From Erysipelotrichaceae bacterium (lineage in GTDB: Bacteria > Bacillota_I > Bacilli_A > Acholeplasmatales > Anaeroplasmataceae), in assembly GCA_015059145.1 (NCBI GenBank), contig SVAZ01000006.1:2268-66267 (forward strand): a stretch of DNA of 64,000 bases, in the 5' to 3' direction. Both the position numbers and the translations under genes were made by a program. The notes under the pieces are model-generated. The model saw only the letters and a list, made by a program, of their open reading frames with translations, was not told the origin of the DNA and searched no databases. Shown here piece after piece: positions 10,009 through 19,359 of this stretch. Each line of letters starts with the position of its first letter. Position 1 is the stretch's first letter.

Positions 10009-10391
10009 TAATACCACTCATCAAATCTTTTATCAAACAGTGGATCACCTGTTGATTTTTTTGCTAAAGCTTGCGTTGATGCTCCCGCACCAAATGAACC
10101 AATAAGCTCTAAAACCTTTTGAATGCTTGTAACAGTCTTAGTAACCTGATCTGGATTTATCTTCTTAACATATCCCATAATATTCTTAATCAAATCCTCA
10201 GTAGATGAATCCTTTTTCTTTACAGGCTCCTTTACCTCTACTTCCTCTTTTTCATCTTCAAAAGCCTCTTCACCTAATAGAACATAATCCTCATACAGCT
10301 CCTGCCATGTTCTTTTTTTGGATAAGACCTCTTGCTTTAATAAAGGATGTCTTTTAATAAATTCCTTAAATTCATCTAGTTTAGCACTCAT
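10008..10391 (-). CDS. ylbD: YlbD-like spore coat protein
   Basis: FKEFIKRHPLL...KRTWQELYEDYVLLGE N-terminal signature; start ATG 10391 behind AGGAG. Confidence 0.8.
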   Translation of the reverse strand: MSAKLDEFKEFIKRHPLLKQEVLSKKRTWQELYEDYVLLGEEAFEDEKEEVEVKEPVKKKDSSTEDLIKNIMGYVKKINPDQVTKTVTSIQKVLELIGSFGAGASTQALAKKSTGDPLFDKRFDEWY

Positions 10392-10407
10392 AAATATCAA
10401 GCTCCTA

Positions 10408-11883
10408 CTATATTTTATGATTTATTTTAGAGTTTGACACTCTTAAAAAGGCAATTAATAAAATATAAGCTAATATAAATATTATAATAAAGCCTATCAT
10501 ACCTACTATATCAGGATATTCAAGTAATAAGGATATCCTAAATATCGTAGCAGCAAGACCAGATATGATAGCTATAAAAATTGACGATATTATAGATTTA
10601 AAATTTTTAAAAAGAATATTTATTTTCGATTTGTTTAATATAAAATACGAAACGACTAAACAAATACCTATAGCTATTAGGGTAGCCATAATAGCTCCTC
10701 GATATGAATAACGTGGAACTAGTAAATAATTTAGAACAATTTTGGCAAGCATTCCTATAAATGTAGAAATGACGACATAATTAAATTTATTTACCCCTTG
10801 CGATATTCCTATCATAACCTTATAAAAGCCTATAAAAAAAATAAGTATTGAAATATCTGATAAAACTATATACACGGAATCATTATTATAAAAAAAGGTA
10901 TATAGCTCATAGGAATATATCTTGTAAAGCATGACTATAGGAATTAACAAATAAATCATAATAGTAGTTAGCCTAGTGGCAAGACGCTTAGCTTCATCTA
11001 ATTTATTATTAGTGCATAATGCATTAACCTTAGGATTAATCGCACCACCTACACTTTGAGCTAAAACTATCGGAATAAATATAAGCCTAATGGTTTCAAA
11101 CATATACGCTGTATATATATGACTTTCAATACCTAATGAGGAAAGAGTAATCGAATCTATAAGCTGATAAAATGTAAAAAATAGAGTTACAATTCCAAAG
11201 GGTATAGCTGTATTTAAAATAGCTGTTATAGCCTTGAATTTTATTTTAGGCTTAAAATAATCTCTTACTACATAAAAAAATAAAAATGCTAAGGCTAGGC
11301 TATATGATATAAAATTACATATAAAAATCTTAGTAATTGTAGTATTATCAATATTCTTAGATATATATAAATATAATAATATCCTTGCTATATTTTCTAA
11401 TAATATAGCTATTGCTGATGGTAGCATTTTTTGATAGCCCTGAATATATCCCTTATAAAAGCTTGTTAATGGATATATAAATAATGATAATGAGGCTATC
11501 CTCAAATGATTTAATATAATTGTATACTCCTCATTAGTATATCCATTATATAGTGAAGCTCCTAATATTTTCTCATTAAAAAAATTTAATAATAAGTAAA
11601 ATATTACTCCTAACACTAAAGAGAATACAGAACCAGTCTTTAACAAATATCTTTTCTTATCATCAACTTCTAATCTTGATATACACTTAGATACACCTGG
11701 AATCAATCCAAATGCAGACAAATCTAAAAACAAGGAAAAGGGAATATATGCATAGGTATAAAGATGTAATCCTATAGGCTTCAAATCCTGTGCAAGCCTA
11801 AATATAAAGATTAAAGATAATATCTTTCCTCCAACCTGACCAAACCCTAATATCAACGCTCCTAATAATAATTTATTCTTCAT
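10408..11883 (-). CDS. SpoVB/MurJ-family (MOP) flippase
   Basis: Multi-TM; FYKGYIQGYQKMLPSAIAILLENIAR; GAIMAT; heads the ylbDEF unit. Confidence 0.8.
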   Translation of the reverse strand: MKNKLLLGALILGFGQVGGKILSLIFIFRLAQDLKPIGLHLYTYAYIPFSLFLDLSAFGLIPGVSKCISRLEVDDKKRYLLKTGSVFSLVLGVIFYLLLNFFNEKILGASLYNGYTNEEYTIILNHLRIASLSLFIYPLTSFYKGYIQGYQKMLPSAIAILLENIARILLYLYISKNIDNTTITKIFICNFISYSLALAFLFFYVVRDYFKPKIKFKAITAILNTAIPFGIVTLFFTFYQLIDSITLSSLGIESHIYTAYMFETIRLIFIPIVLAQSVGGAINPKVNALCTNNKLDEAKRLATRLTTIMIYLLIPIVMLYKIYSYELYTFFYNNDSVYIVLSDISILIFFIGFYKVMIGISQGVNKFNYVVISTFIGMLAKIVLNYLLVPRYSYRGAIMATLIAIGICLVVSYFILNKSKINILFKNFKSIISSIFIAIISGLAATIFRISLLLEYPDIVGMIGFIIIFILAYILLIAFLRVSNSKINHKI

Positions 11884-11907
11884 CCTAACACCCTACATAG
11901 TATTTGT

Positions 11908-11935
11908 ATAATATGCCTCAAATATACATATTTAT
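11908..11935 (-). promoter_or_regulatory. Putative sigmaE promoter of the spoVB-like/ylbDEF unit
   Basis: Minus strand ATA-N17-CATATTAT, fits B. subtilis sigmaE ATa-N16-18-cATAcanT. Confidence 0.55.
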
Positions 11936-11954
11936 CCACTTATCATCATACTAT
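11926..11954 (+). promoter_or_regulatory. Putative sigmaE promoter of the 59-aa ORF
   Basis: ACATATT-N14-CATACTAT, near-consensus sigmaE, 4 nt before the GGGTGA RBS. Confidence 0.65.
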
Positions 11955-11968
11955 TAGTGGGTGATGTT

Positions 11969-12148
11969 ATGTTTAACAAATTCAATAAAAATAATAACAA
12001 TACAAATTATGATTATTACGAAAACATGCAGCTAAATAGAATCTTCTATGAGCTTGAGGATATAAATAGAAAGCTTAGGAATTTAAATAATAGGCTACAT
12101 CGTGTTGAAGGCTTTTTAGGATTAACAGTAGACGACAACAAGGAATAG
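11969..12148 (+). CDS. Small Asn-rich coiled-coil protein, probable sporulation protein
   Basis: MFNKFNKNNNN...LEDINRKLRNLNNRLHRVEGFLG; GGGTGA RBS favours ATG 11969; sigmaE-like promoter. Confidence 0.7.
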   Translation: MFNKFNKNNNNTNYDYYENMQLNRIFYELEDINRKLRNLNNRLHRVEGFLGLTVDDNKE

Positions 12149-12206
12149 GCGTTTATACTAGCTTTATTGCATCAAGCTGCATAAAGTAATATAGGAGGTG
12201 ACCCGT

Positions 12207-12362
12207 ATGTATTATCAAAATCCAGGCTATAATTATGGATATGGTTGCTGCATGCCTCAATATAATACTTGCTGCAATAACAACAGAGGTTCAAAAAATG
12301 GTTATGCACTTATCCTTGTATTATTTATTCTTCTTGTAATTATCGGAGCTGCTAGATGGTAA
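12207..12362 (+). CDS. YjcZ/SscA-family small sporulation membrane protein (51 aa, absent from ORF track)
   Basis: MYYQNPGYNYGYGCCMPQYNTCCNNNRGSKNGYALILVLFILLVIIGAARW; strong AGGAGGTG RBS; ALILVLFILLVIIG is the family motif. Confidence 0.88.
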   Translation: MYYQNPGYNYGYGCCMPQYNTCCNNNRGSKNGYALILVLFILLVIIGAARW

Positions 12363-12402
12363 TTTGTAAAATATTGTGATATAATACCCTCAGGTGATTT
12401 AA

Positions 12403-13005
12403 ATGTATTTATCAAAGGATATTGTAAAAGAAGGAAATCAAATATTAAAGAACATATCTACTAGAGTAAATCTACCACTATCTAGTGATGATTTAGAATG
12501 TGCAAAAGGATTATATGAATATGTAATAGTTTCAGCAATCGATGAGCTAGTAAAGAAATATGGCATTAGACCTGGAGTAGGAATTGCTGCACCACAGGTA
12601 GGAATTAACAAAAGAATGTTTGCCATAAACTGTACTGACTTCTTAGATGAAAAACAAACTAAGTATGCATATCTATTTATAAATCCAACTATTCTTTCTA
12701 AAAGCAAGGAAATGGTTTATTTACCAGGTGGAGAGGGCTGTCTATCAGTAGATAGACCTACAGATAATCTAGTAACACCTAGACATTTTCAAATAGTGAT
12801 TAAATCAGCAATATATGACTTCCAAACAAATAAAATTAAAAATATAAAGATGACATTAACTGGATATCCTGCTATAGTATTCCAGCATGAATATGATCAT
12901 CTAGATGGTATTCTATATACTGACAAAATGTACTCACTAAAGGATATTACTTGTGATCCTTTATATACAATAGATGAAGATGAGGATGAAGAAATAGATG
13001 AATAA
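12403..13005 (+). CDS. def: Peptide deformylase
   Basis: GVGIAAPQVG, EGCLS, QHEYDHLDG. Confidence 0.97.
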   Translation: MYLSKDIVKEGNQILKNISTRVNLPLSSDDLECAKGLYEYVIVSAIDELVKKYGIRPGVGIAAPQVGINKRMFAINCTDFLDEKQTKYAYLFINPTILSKSKEMVYLPGGEGCLSVDRPTDNLVTPRHFQIVIKSAIYDFQTNKIKNIKMTLTGYPAIVFQHEYDHLDGILYTDKMYSLKDITCDPLYTIDEDEDEEIDE

Positions 13006-13064
13006 GGAGTGAAGAAATTCACTTCTTTTTTTCATAAAAAAAGCTAATCATTTTGATTAGCCTT

Positions 13065-14327
13065 TTAATCCATCATTAATTTTATTATTTCCTTATCTGT
13101 CTCAAGCATACCTAGAGAAGCTAGCTTACCAACATTATGAATGGTGTTTTCAACACCCTTTTTAACAATGCCATCTCCACCCTTAAATTGATTGCCATTA
13201 ACATACATATGATACCCTAAAATACCAGCATCTACAGCAAGTGCAATTTTTGCAGCACATGATGCCTTAGCTCCATCACAAATAACGCCAGATTCAATAG
13301 CTAGTGCATTTACAAGTGTATGACAAATTTCTTTGAAGCCACCACCATGCAAATAAGCAATCGCCGCTCCTGCAGCACAGCCAGCCGCAATAGCTCCACA
13401 ATATGCAGAAAGCCTACCAATATCAGTCTTAATATGAGTAGTTAATAGATTTGATAATGCTAGTGCTCTATAAAGAGCTTCCTCAGAGACCTTAAGCTCT
13501 TGTGCATATACTATAACTGGTATAGAACAAGTCATACCCTGATTACCACTACCACTATTAATAACAACTGGCAAATTACATCCATTCATTCTAGCATCAC
13601 TTCCAGCTGCCGCATAGGCTTTAGCTTTTGTTTTAATAGAGTTTCCTTCATTATTTAATATTGTCTTACCAATATTTGCGCCATATGGCTTATTTAAGCC
13701 TTCCTCAGCTATTTTCATGTTGAGATCAATTTGAGACTGTAAAACATCCTTAATTTTATTAACATCTACACTTTGTGCAAATTCATATATACCCTCTACA
13801 CTAAGAATATCTCGATTAGTTAACTCACTATTTTTAATGCCCGTGATTTTCTTTTCAAGAATAACATTATTATTAGCCTTAATTAAAACCACATTAGTAT
13901 GATAATCAGCTATTCTACATTCATATAATCGTCCATTAGAATAGGCCTTAATATGAATATCAAAAATATAATCACTATCAGATAATATTACTTTTATTAT
14001 ATTTTTATTTAAAAGCTCCTTGCATTTTTCTATATCATTATCATTAACCTGTGATATACACTCTAGCTCTAAATCACTATTACCTGCCACTAAGCCAACT
14101 GCACAGGCTGCCTCAATACCTCTTAATCCATTTGTATTAGGCACTACTACAGATTTTACGTTCTTAATAATATTTCCTGAAACATACACATCAATTTTTT
14201 CAAAAGAGCTACCAATTATTGTTTTGAGAATAGATGCTGCATATGCAATCGCAATCGGCTCTGTACAGCCCATTGCTTTTTTTAATTCTTCATTAAGTAT
14301 CTTAATATATTCATTTTCATATTTCAT
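13065..14327 (-). CDS. L-cysteine desulfidase / serine dehydratase alpha-like (YhaM/CyuA family)
   Basis: AMGCTEPIA, KNVKSVVVP, AAAGSDARMNG, SGSGNQG, GRLSAYCG, CDGAKASCA. Confidence 0.88.
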   Translation of the reverse strand: MKYENEYIKILNEELKKAMGCTEPIAIAYAASILKTIIGSSFEKIDVYVSGNIIKNVKSVVVPNTNGLRGIEAACAVGLVAGNSDLELECISQVNDNDIEKCKELLNKNIIKVILSDSDYIFDIHIKAYSNGRLYECRIADYHTNVVLIKANNNVILEKKITGIKNSELTNRDILSVEGIYEFAQSVDVNKIKDVLQSQIDLNMKIAEEGLNKPYGANIGKTILNNEGNSIKTKAKAYAAAGSDARMNGCNLPVVINSGSGNQGMTCSIPVIVYAQELKVSEEALYRALALSNLLTTHIKTDIGRLSAYCGAIAAGCAAGAAIAYLHGGGFKEICHTLVNALAIESGVICDGAKASCAAKIALAVDAGILGYHMYVNGNQFKGGDGIVKKGVENTIHNVGKLASLGMLETDKEIIKLMMD

Positions 14328-14330
14328 AAA

Positions 14331-15029
14331 CTACCCTCTTAGCTTATACATTATTATTCCACCAGCAACACCTACATTTAATGATTCAGTATTGTCCATA
14401 GGAATATAAATGTTTTCCTTAATTATTTCCTTAACCTCTGGTGATATTCCATTACCCTCATTACCTAAAACAATTCCTAGCTTAAAGCTGTTTTTAACAT
14501 TATCAAGCTCTTCTCCGTTTATAACATCAGTACCATAAATTTTATAGTCCTTCAATGTTGGAATAAATTCATTTAAATTAGCATTAATGAAATTAATCTT
14601 AAATATAGCACCCTGTGATGATCTAATAACCTTATCGTTATATATATCAACACATCCATTACCTAGAATAATAGTCTTATATCCAAATGCACAAGCACTT
14701 CTCATTAATGCACCCATATTACCCGGATCCTGTATAGCATCTAAAATAAGGATATGATCTGATAGATCACTCTTTTCTATCATTTTACATAATCCAATTT
14801 CTGTAACAACAGTATCTGTATTTGAAATCTTCTGCATAACTGCTTTAGATACCTGAGTATATCCATCCTTATAATCCAAGCTAAAGGCTTCCTCTAGTAA
14901 GCCAAGCTTTCTAGCCTCATCTACTAAATGCTTCCCTTCAATTAAAAATCTCTTTTCCTTTTTACGGTACTTAGCAGTATTAAGCTTAGATAGATATTTT
15001 ACCTTTTGATTTTCTAAAGATTCAATCAT
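14331..15029 (-). CDS. TrmH/SpoU-family RNA methyltransferase
   Basis: IQDPGNMGALMRSA, VIRSSQGA, LGNEGNG, ESLNV; start ATG 15029. Confidence 0.93.
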   Translation of the reverse strand: MIESLENQKVKYLSKLNTAKYRKKEKRFLIEGKHLVDEARKLGLLEEAFSLDYKDGYTQVSKAVMQKISNTDTVVTEIGLCKMIEKSDLSDHILILDAIQDPGNMGALMRSACAFGYKTIILGNGCVDIYNDKVIRSSQGAIFKINFINANLNEFIPTLKDYKIYGTDVINGEELDNVKNSFKLGIVLGNEGNGISPEVKEIIKENIYIPMDNTESLNVGVAGGIIMYKLRG

Positions 15030-15125
15030 GTAATCACCACGCTTTATAAATATAATATCATAAATCAATAGATAAAAAAAGAATAAAGGCTCTACAATTA
15101 AGCATTGTAGAGCCTATACTATAAA

Positions 15126-15425
15126 TTAGTTAGATTGTTGTTTACCTTTATTGAAAAGCTTTTTAGTCATTTCGCCACCGATACGACCATTTTCTTCAGC
15201 TGTTGCATTCTTACCTGGAGTAATACCTAATTCATTTGCAACCTCTTGCTTTAAAGCTTCAGTGTCTGTAGTTTGCTTAGCACGTTCAACTGCTTGCTTA
15301 GTAATGTTTCCACCAATTGAACCATTCTCTTGACTAGAGTTTGACTTTGAACCCTTGTTCATAGTTGATGAATTTGATGTTGAAGACATTGCAGATGATG
15401 ATTGGGAGTTCTTCTTATTTGCCAT
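15126..15425 (-). CDS. alpha/beta-type small acid-soluble spore protein, extended
   Basis: LKQEVANELGI...ENGRIGGEMTKKL; follows thiI as sspA does in B. subtilis; AAGGAGGTG RBS before ATG 15425. Confidence 0.9.
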   Translation of the reverse strand: MANKKNSQSSSAMSSTSNSSTMNKGSKSNSSQENGSIGGNITKQAVERAKQTTDTEALKQEVANELGITPGKNATAEENGRIGGEMTKKLFNKGKQQSN

Positions 15426-15482
15426 AATTTCACCTCCTTGCAATATTTATGTTTTCCCAAAGAGATGAATTTATACTTTAAT

Positions 15483-16715
15483 TTACAAATTTTTTAAAAC
15501 GTCTCTAACCTCAAGACCTAGGAACGTTAAATCTAAATCACTATTCATATCAATAGTTATACTATTAGTATTCTCTACAGCCTCATCAACCATAGGCTCA
15601 AAATCAAATGCTTTTTCATATTGAATTGCTTTATCAAGCTTTGGTGATGTAGCAGGTGCCTTAGGAACATATACAGTACAGCAATCCTCAAAAGGCTTTA
15701 TAGATAGCTCGAAGCAATCAATACGCTGAGAAATCTTAATTATGTCCTGCTTATCATAAGTACATAACGGACGAAGAATTGGATAATTAGTAACTGCATT
15801 AATAGTATGCATGCTACCTAATGTTTGGCTTGCAACCTGACCAACAGATTCACCATTAATTAAGCACAAGCATTGATTTCTTTCAGCTAGCTTTGTAGCT
15901 ATTCTATACATCATTCTTCTCATAATAGTAATATTATAGCTTTCAGGAATATTATCTAGTAAAGCCATATGAAGCTCCTTAAATGGAACCATATGAACAT
16001 TGATCTTATTGTTAGGTGCATACTTAGACATCTTCTTAACTAAATCAATTACCTTTTGTGCTGATTCGATTGAGGTAAGTGGAGTAGACTCAAAATGAAC
16101 ACATTCTATCTCAACACCTTGCTTCATTGCTAAGAATCCTGCAACAGGAGAATCTATACCTCCTGATAGCATTAATAATCCCTTACCTGCAACACCTACA
16201 GGGAATCCTCCTAATGCTCTAATTTCAGTATTAAATAAATAGCAGGCATCTCTTCTTAATTCTATATTTAATGTAACCTCTGGATTATGGACATCAACTC
16301 TTAATTCCTTGTGATTAGAAAGGACATAACCAGCAACATGCTTTGTAACCTCCATTGATTGCATTGGATAATTTTTATTTGCACGCTTTGTTGTAACCTT
16401 AAATGTAGTTGGCTTATTGACTACCTCCTTCATCAGCTCAAGTGAAGTCTTCTTAATCTCATTAAGATCATTATCACACTTTACAACTAATGAATAAGAT
16501 GAAATACCAGATACTAAATTAAGCCTATCAATTACCTTATTAACATCTTCTTCTAAAAGATGAATAAATATTCTATCATGCTGATATTCAATTTCAATAT
16601 TTAGGCCTTCCATTTTTACAGCCATTAGCTTATATAGCTTTTGAAGGAATACCTTTTGATTTTTACCCTTTAATGTTAAATCTCCAAATCTTACTAATAT
16701 TTGATTATATAGCAT
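15483..16715 (-). CDS. thiI: tRNA 4-thiouridine synthase
   Basis: THUMP region plus LLMLSGGIDSPVA PP-loop, GESVGQVASQT, EDCC. Confidence 0.97.
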   Translation of the reverse strand: MLYNQILVRFGDLTLKGKNQKVFLQKLYKLMAVKMEGLNIEIEYQHDRIFIHLLEEDVNKVIDRLNLVSGISSYSLVVKCDNDLNEIKKTSLELMKEVVNKPTTFKVTTKRANKNYPMQSMEVTKHVAGYVLSNHKELRVDVHNPEVTLNIELRRDACYLFNTEIRALGGFPVGVAGKGLLMLSGGIDSPVAGFLAMKQGVEIECVHFESTPLTSIESAQKVIDLVKKMSKYAPNNKINVHMVPFKELHMALLDNIPESYNITIMRRMMYRIATKLAERNQCLCLINGESVGQVASQTLGSMHTINAVTNYPILRPLCTYDKQDIIKISQRIDCFELSIKPFEDCCTVYVPKAPATSPKLDKAIQYEKAFDFEPMVDEAVENTNSITIDMNSDLDLTFLGLEVRDVLKNL

Positions 16716-16832
16716 AGAATATCAACTCCTAATAATAATTTAACCGCCTTATTATAACACAATAAATTATAAAAAGAAATAAACCTTTCTAAATCTTAAA
16801 TATAATTATATAATAAGCATGAGGTGTTTAAA

Positions 16833-17297
16833 ATGAATAAAACAAATTATAATTCTATAATAAGTGAATTGCCACATTTAATCTGTGATTTAGAATATGA
16901 GGTTACTATATTAAGTAACGCTTCTGCATTACTTAATGAGCATTTGGACATTATTAACTGGGTTGGCTTTTATCTTTTAAAGGACAATAAATTAATATTA
17001 GGGCCATTCCAAGGCAAGCCTGCGTGTACAACAATTCCTTTAAACAAAGGCGTTTGTGGTGCATGTGCTACAAATGAAGCTACTATCATTGTAGATAATG
17101 TTCATGAGTTTAAAGGACATATCGCATGTGATAGTGCATCGAATAGTGAGATATGTATTCCAATTTTTAAGGATAATAAATTCTATGGATTATTAGATAT
17201 TGATTCACCTATAATAAATAGGTTTAATAACGAGGACAAAACCTATTTAGAGGCTGTTGTAAAAATAATTGAAAAAGCACTAATTTCGGCAAAATAA
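16833..17297 (+). CDS. msrC: GAF-domain free methionine-R-sulfoxide reductase (MsrC/YtsP)
   Basis: INWVGFY, LGPFQGKPAC, GVCG, GHIACDSASNSEIC, LDIDS. Confidence 0.9.
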   Translation: MNKTNYNSIISELPHLICDLEYEVTILSNASALLNEHLDIINWVGFYLLKDNKLILGPFQGKPACTTIPLNKGVCGACATNEATIIVDNVHEFKGHIACDSASNSEICIPIFKDNKFYGLLDIDSPIINRFNNEDKTYLEAVVKIIEKALISAK

Positions 17298-17300
17298 TAA

Positions 17301-17329
17301 TTGACATTGCTTATCCAATTTGTTATAAT
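17301..17329 (+). promoter_or_regulatory. sigmaA promoter of rpsD
   Basis: Perfect TTGACA-N17-TATAAT. Confidence 0.92.
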
Positions 17330-17334
17330 AACAC

Positions 17335-17500
17335 AGCGTGGGTAAAAAGCAGCAGCTTAAATACCTTAGTAAATATCTTAAAGCACAATAGTTAATTAGT
17401 AACCTCCGCTGCTTGTTGGTGAAAGTTCAATTTAAGATATCCTAAGGCTATAAGCCGAACATTTACTCCCATAAAAAATATATTATAGGAGGACATACAA
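17335..17500 (+). promoter_or_regulatory. S4 (rpsD) autoregulatory leader
   Basis: About 165-nt 5' UTR with GCAGC...GTAAC...GCTGC elements as in the Bacillus rpsD leader. Confidence 0.75.
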
Positions 17501-18100
17501 ATGTCAAGATTCACAGGATCAAGCTGGAAGGTATCTCGTCGTTTAGGTTATTCTATCAGTGAAACTGGTAAGGAATTAATCAAGAGAAAATACGCTCCAG
17601 GTCAACATGGTGCTAAGCGCACTAAATTAAAGGAATATGGTTTACAGTTACAAGAAAAGCAAAAAGTAAGATTTACTTATGGTGTTTCTGAAAAGCAATT
17701 CGTTAAGACTTTCGCTGAAGCTGGTAAGTTACCAGGAAAGCATGGTGTTAACTTCTTAAAAGTTTTAGAATGCCGTTTAGACAACCTAGTATATCGTTTA
17801 GGTTTTGCTTCTACTAGAGGACAAGCTCGTCAATTAGTTAACCATGGTCACATCGTAGTAGATGGAAAGAAGTTAGACATTCCATCATACCGTGTTAAGC
17901 CAGGTCAAACTATTGCTATGAAGGAAACTTCAAAGAACTTAGCAGTTGTTAAGGCTGCTTTAGAGGCTAAGCTTGCTCGTCCTGAATATGTAGCATTTGA
18001 TGACAAGAAGATGGTTGGTACATTCGTTAGAATGCCAGAAAGAAATGAATTCTTACCTGAAATCAACGAACAATTAATTGTCGAATTCTACAACAGATAA
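17501..18100 (+). CDS. rpsD: 30S ribosomal protein S4
   Basis: [46 protein letters not shown]. Confidence 0.99.
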   Translation: MSRFTGSSWKVSRRLGYSISETGKELIKRKYAPGQHGAKRTKLKEYGLQLQEKQKVRFTYGVSEKQFVKTFAEAGKLPGKHGVNFLKVLECRLDNLVYRLGFASTRGQARQLVNHGHIVVDGKKLDIPSYRVKPGQTIAMKETSKNLAVVKAALEAKLARPEYVAFDDKKMVGTFVRMPERNEFLPEINEQLIVEFYNR

Positions 18101-18180
18101 TATGTAAAGTAAGGCTTGCGTTATGCAGGCCTTTTTTATTTCTTCTTCTACAATAAAAGGAGACTCAAATGAGTCTCCTT

Positions 18181-19296
18181 TTAACTATTTATAAGCTTAT
18201 TAATCTTTTCTAGCTGCTCAGGTATATTTATATGCTGAGGACATTCCTTCATACATTTCTTACACCTCTTACAGTTATTAGGAAGCATAGTTTCCTCTAG
18301 CTTAGATATTCTATCCTTAAATTGAACTAAATCCTTATTAATGCCATAAGTGTTAAAAATACTAAATAGCTTCGGAATAGCAACACCAAATGGACAAGGT
18401 AAGCAATATCTACAGCCAGTACAAGGAATAAAATCATTTCCTAGAATTTCCTTTTTAGCACTATTAATAATAGACATTTCCTCTTCATTCAATTCCTCAT
18501 AATTTGTAAATGTATTCATGTTATCCTTTAGCTGGTCCATATTAGACATACCAGATAGGATAACCTTTATATTAGGGAATTTAGCAACAAAGCGTAAAGC
18601 CCATGATGCATTACTACTATTAGGTCTATAGCTCTTAAAAAGCTTTTCTGCAGGCTCACATACATTCGCAAGCATTCCACCTCTTACAGGCTCCATTACT
18701 ACAACTGAGATATCTCTTTTAGTTAATTCATCATATTGCTTCACGCAATCCTGAATGTCAACATCTAAATAATTGAATTGAATTTGAGCAAAATCCCAAG
18801 GTAATTCATCAGCTATCGGAATAATATTTTGAGGAGCATCATGATAAGAGAACCCTAAGAATCTAATCTTACCTTCAGCCTTCATTTCAGAAAGGAAGCT
18901 ATATACATCTAATTTTTTATATATCTCATGTCTTTCTAAATTCATTGCATGGCATAAATAAAAATCAAAATATTCAACCTGACATTTTTCTAGCTGCTCA
19001 AAGAAAATTCTTTTCGCATCCTCTAATGTTTCACATTCCCAAATAGGCATTTTATCTGCTAAGCAAAAGGTACTTCTATCATATTTCTTTAATATTTTAC
19101 CAATAACAATTTCGCTTTGCTTATTGTGATAAGGATATGCTGTATCAAAATAATTAATTCCATTCTTATATGCATAATCAATCATTTCCTCTGTTAATTT
19201 ATAATCAATCTCGTCAGACCCTTCTAGCTTAGGTAGCCTCATACAGCCCATTCCTAATAATGATACACTTTGATTTCTAATGCTTCTCTTTTCCAT
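18181..19296 (-). CDS. Aldo/keto reductase with C-terminal 4Fe-4S domain
   Basis: LGMGCMRLP, NYFDTAYPY, VMEPVRGG, CTGCRYCLPCP and CKRCKKCMKECP. Confidence 0.92.
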   Translation of the reverse strand: MEKRSIRNQSVSLLGMGCMRLPKLEGSDEIDYKLTEEMIDYAYKNGINYFDTAYPYHNKQSEIVIGKILKKYDRSTFCLADKMPIWECETLEDAKRIFFEQLEKCQVEYFDFYLCHAMNLERHEIYKKLDVYSFLSEMKAEGKIRFLGFSYHDAPQNIIPIADELPWDFAQIQFNYLDVDIQDCVKQYDELTKRDISVVVMEPVRGGMLANVCEPAEKLFKSYRPNSSNASWALRFVAKFPNIKVILSGMSNMDQLKDNMNTFTNYEELNEEEMSIINSAKKEILGNDFIPCTGCRYCLPCPFGVAIPKLFSIFNTYGINKDLVQFKDRISKLEETMLPNNCKRCKKCMKECPQHINIPEQLEKINKLINS

Positions 19297-19359
19297 AGTA
19301 CCTCCAACATATTTAAATTATCAAACTATATATACGAATTTAATCTTTATCTTATTATA

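Noticed and set aside
15446-15477. sigmaF/G promoter for the SASP gene (GTATA...GGAAAACATA)
   Set aside because: Plausible, but spacing and -10 are both off consensus; too weak to list.
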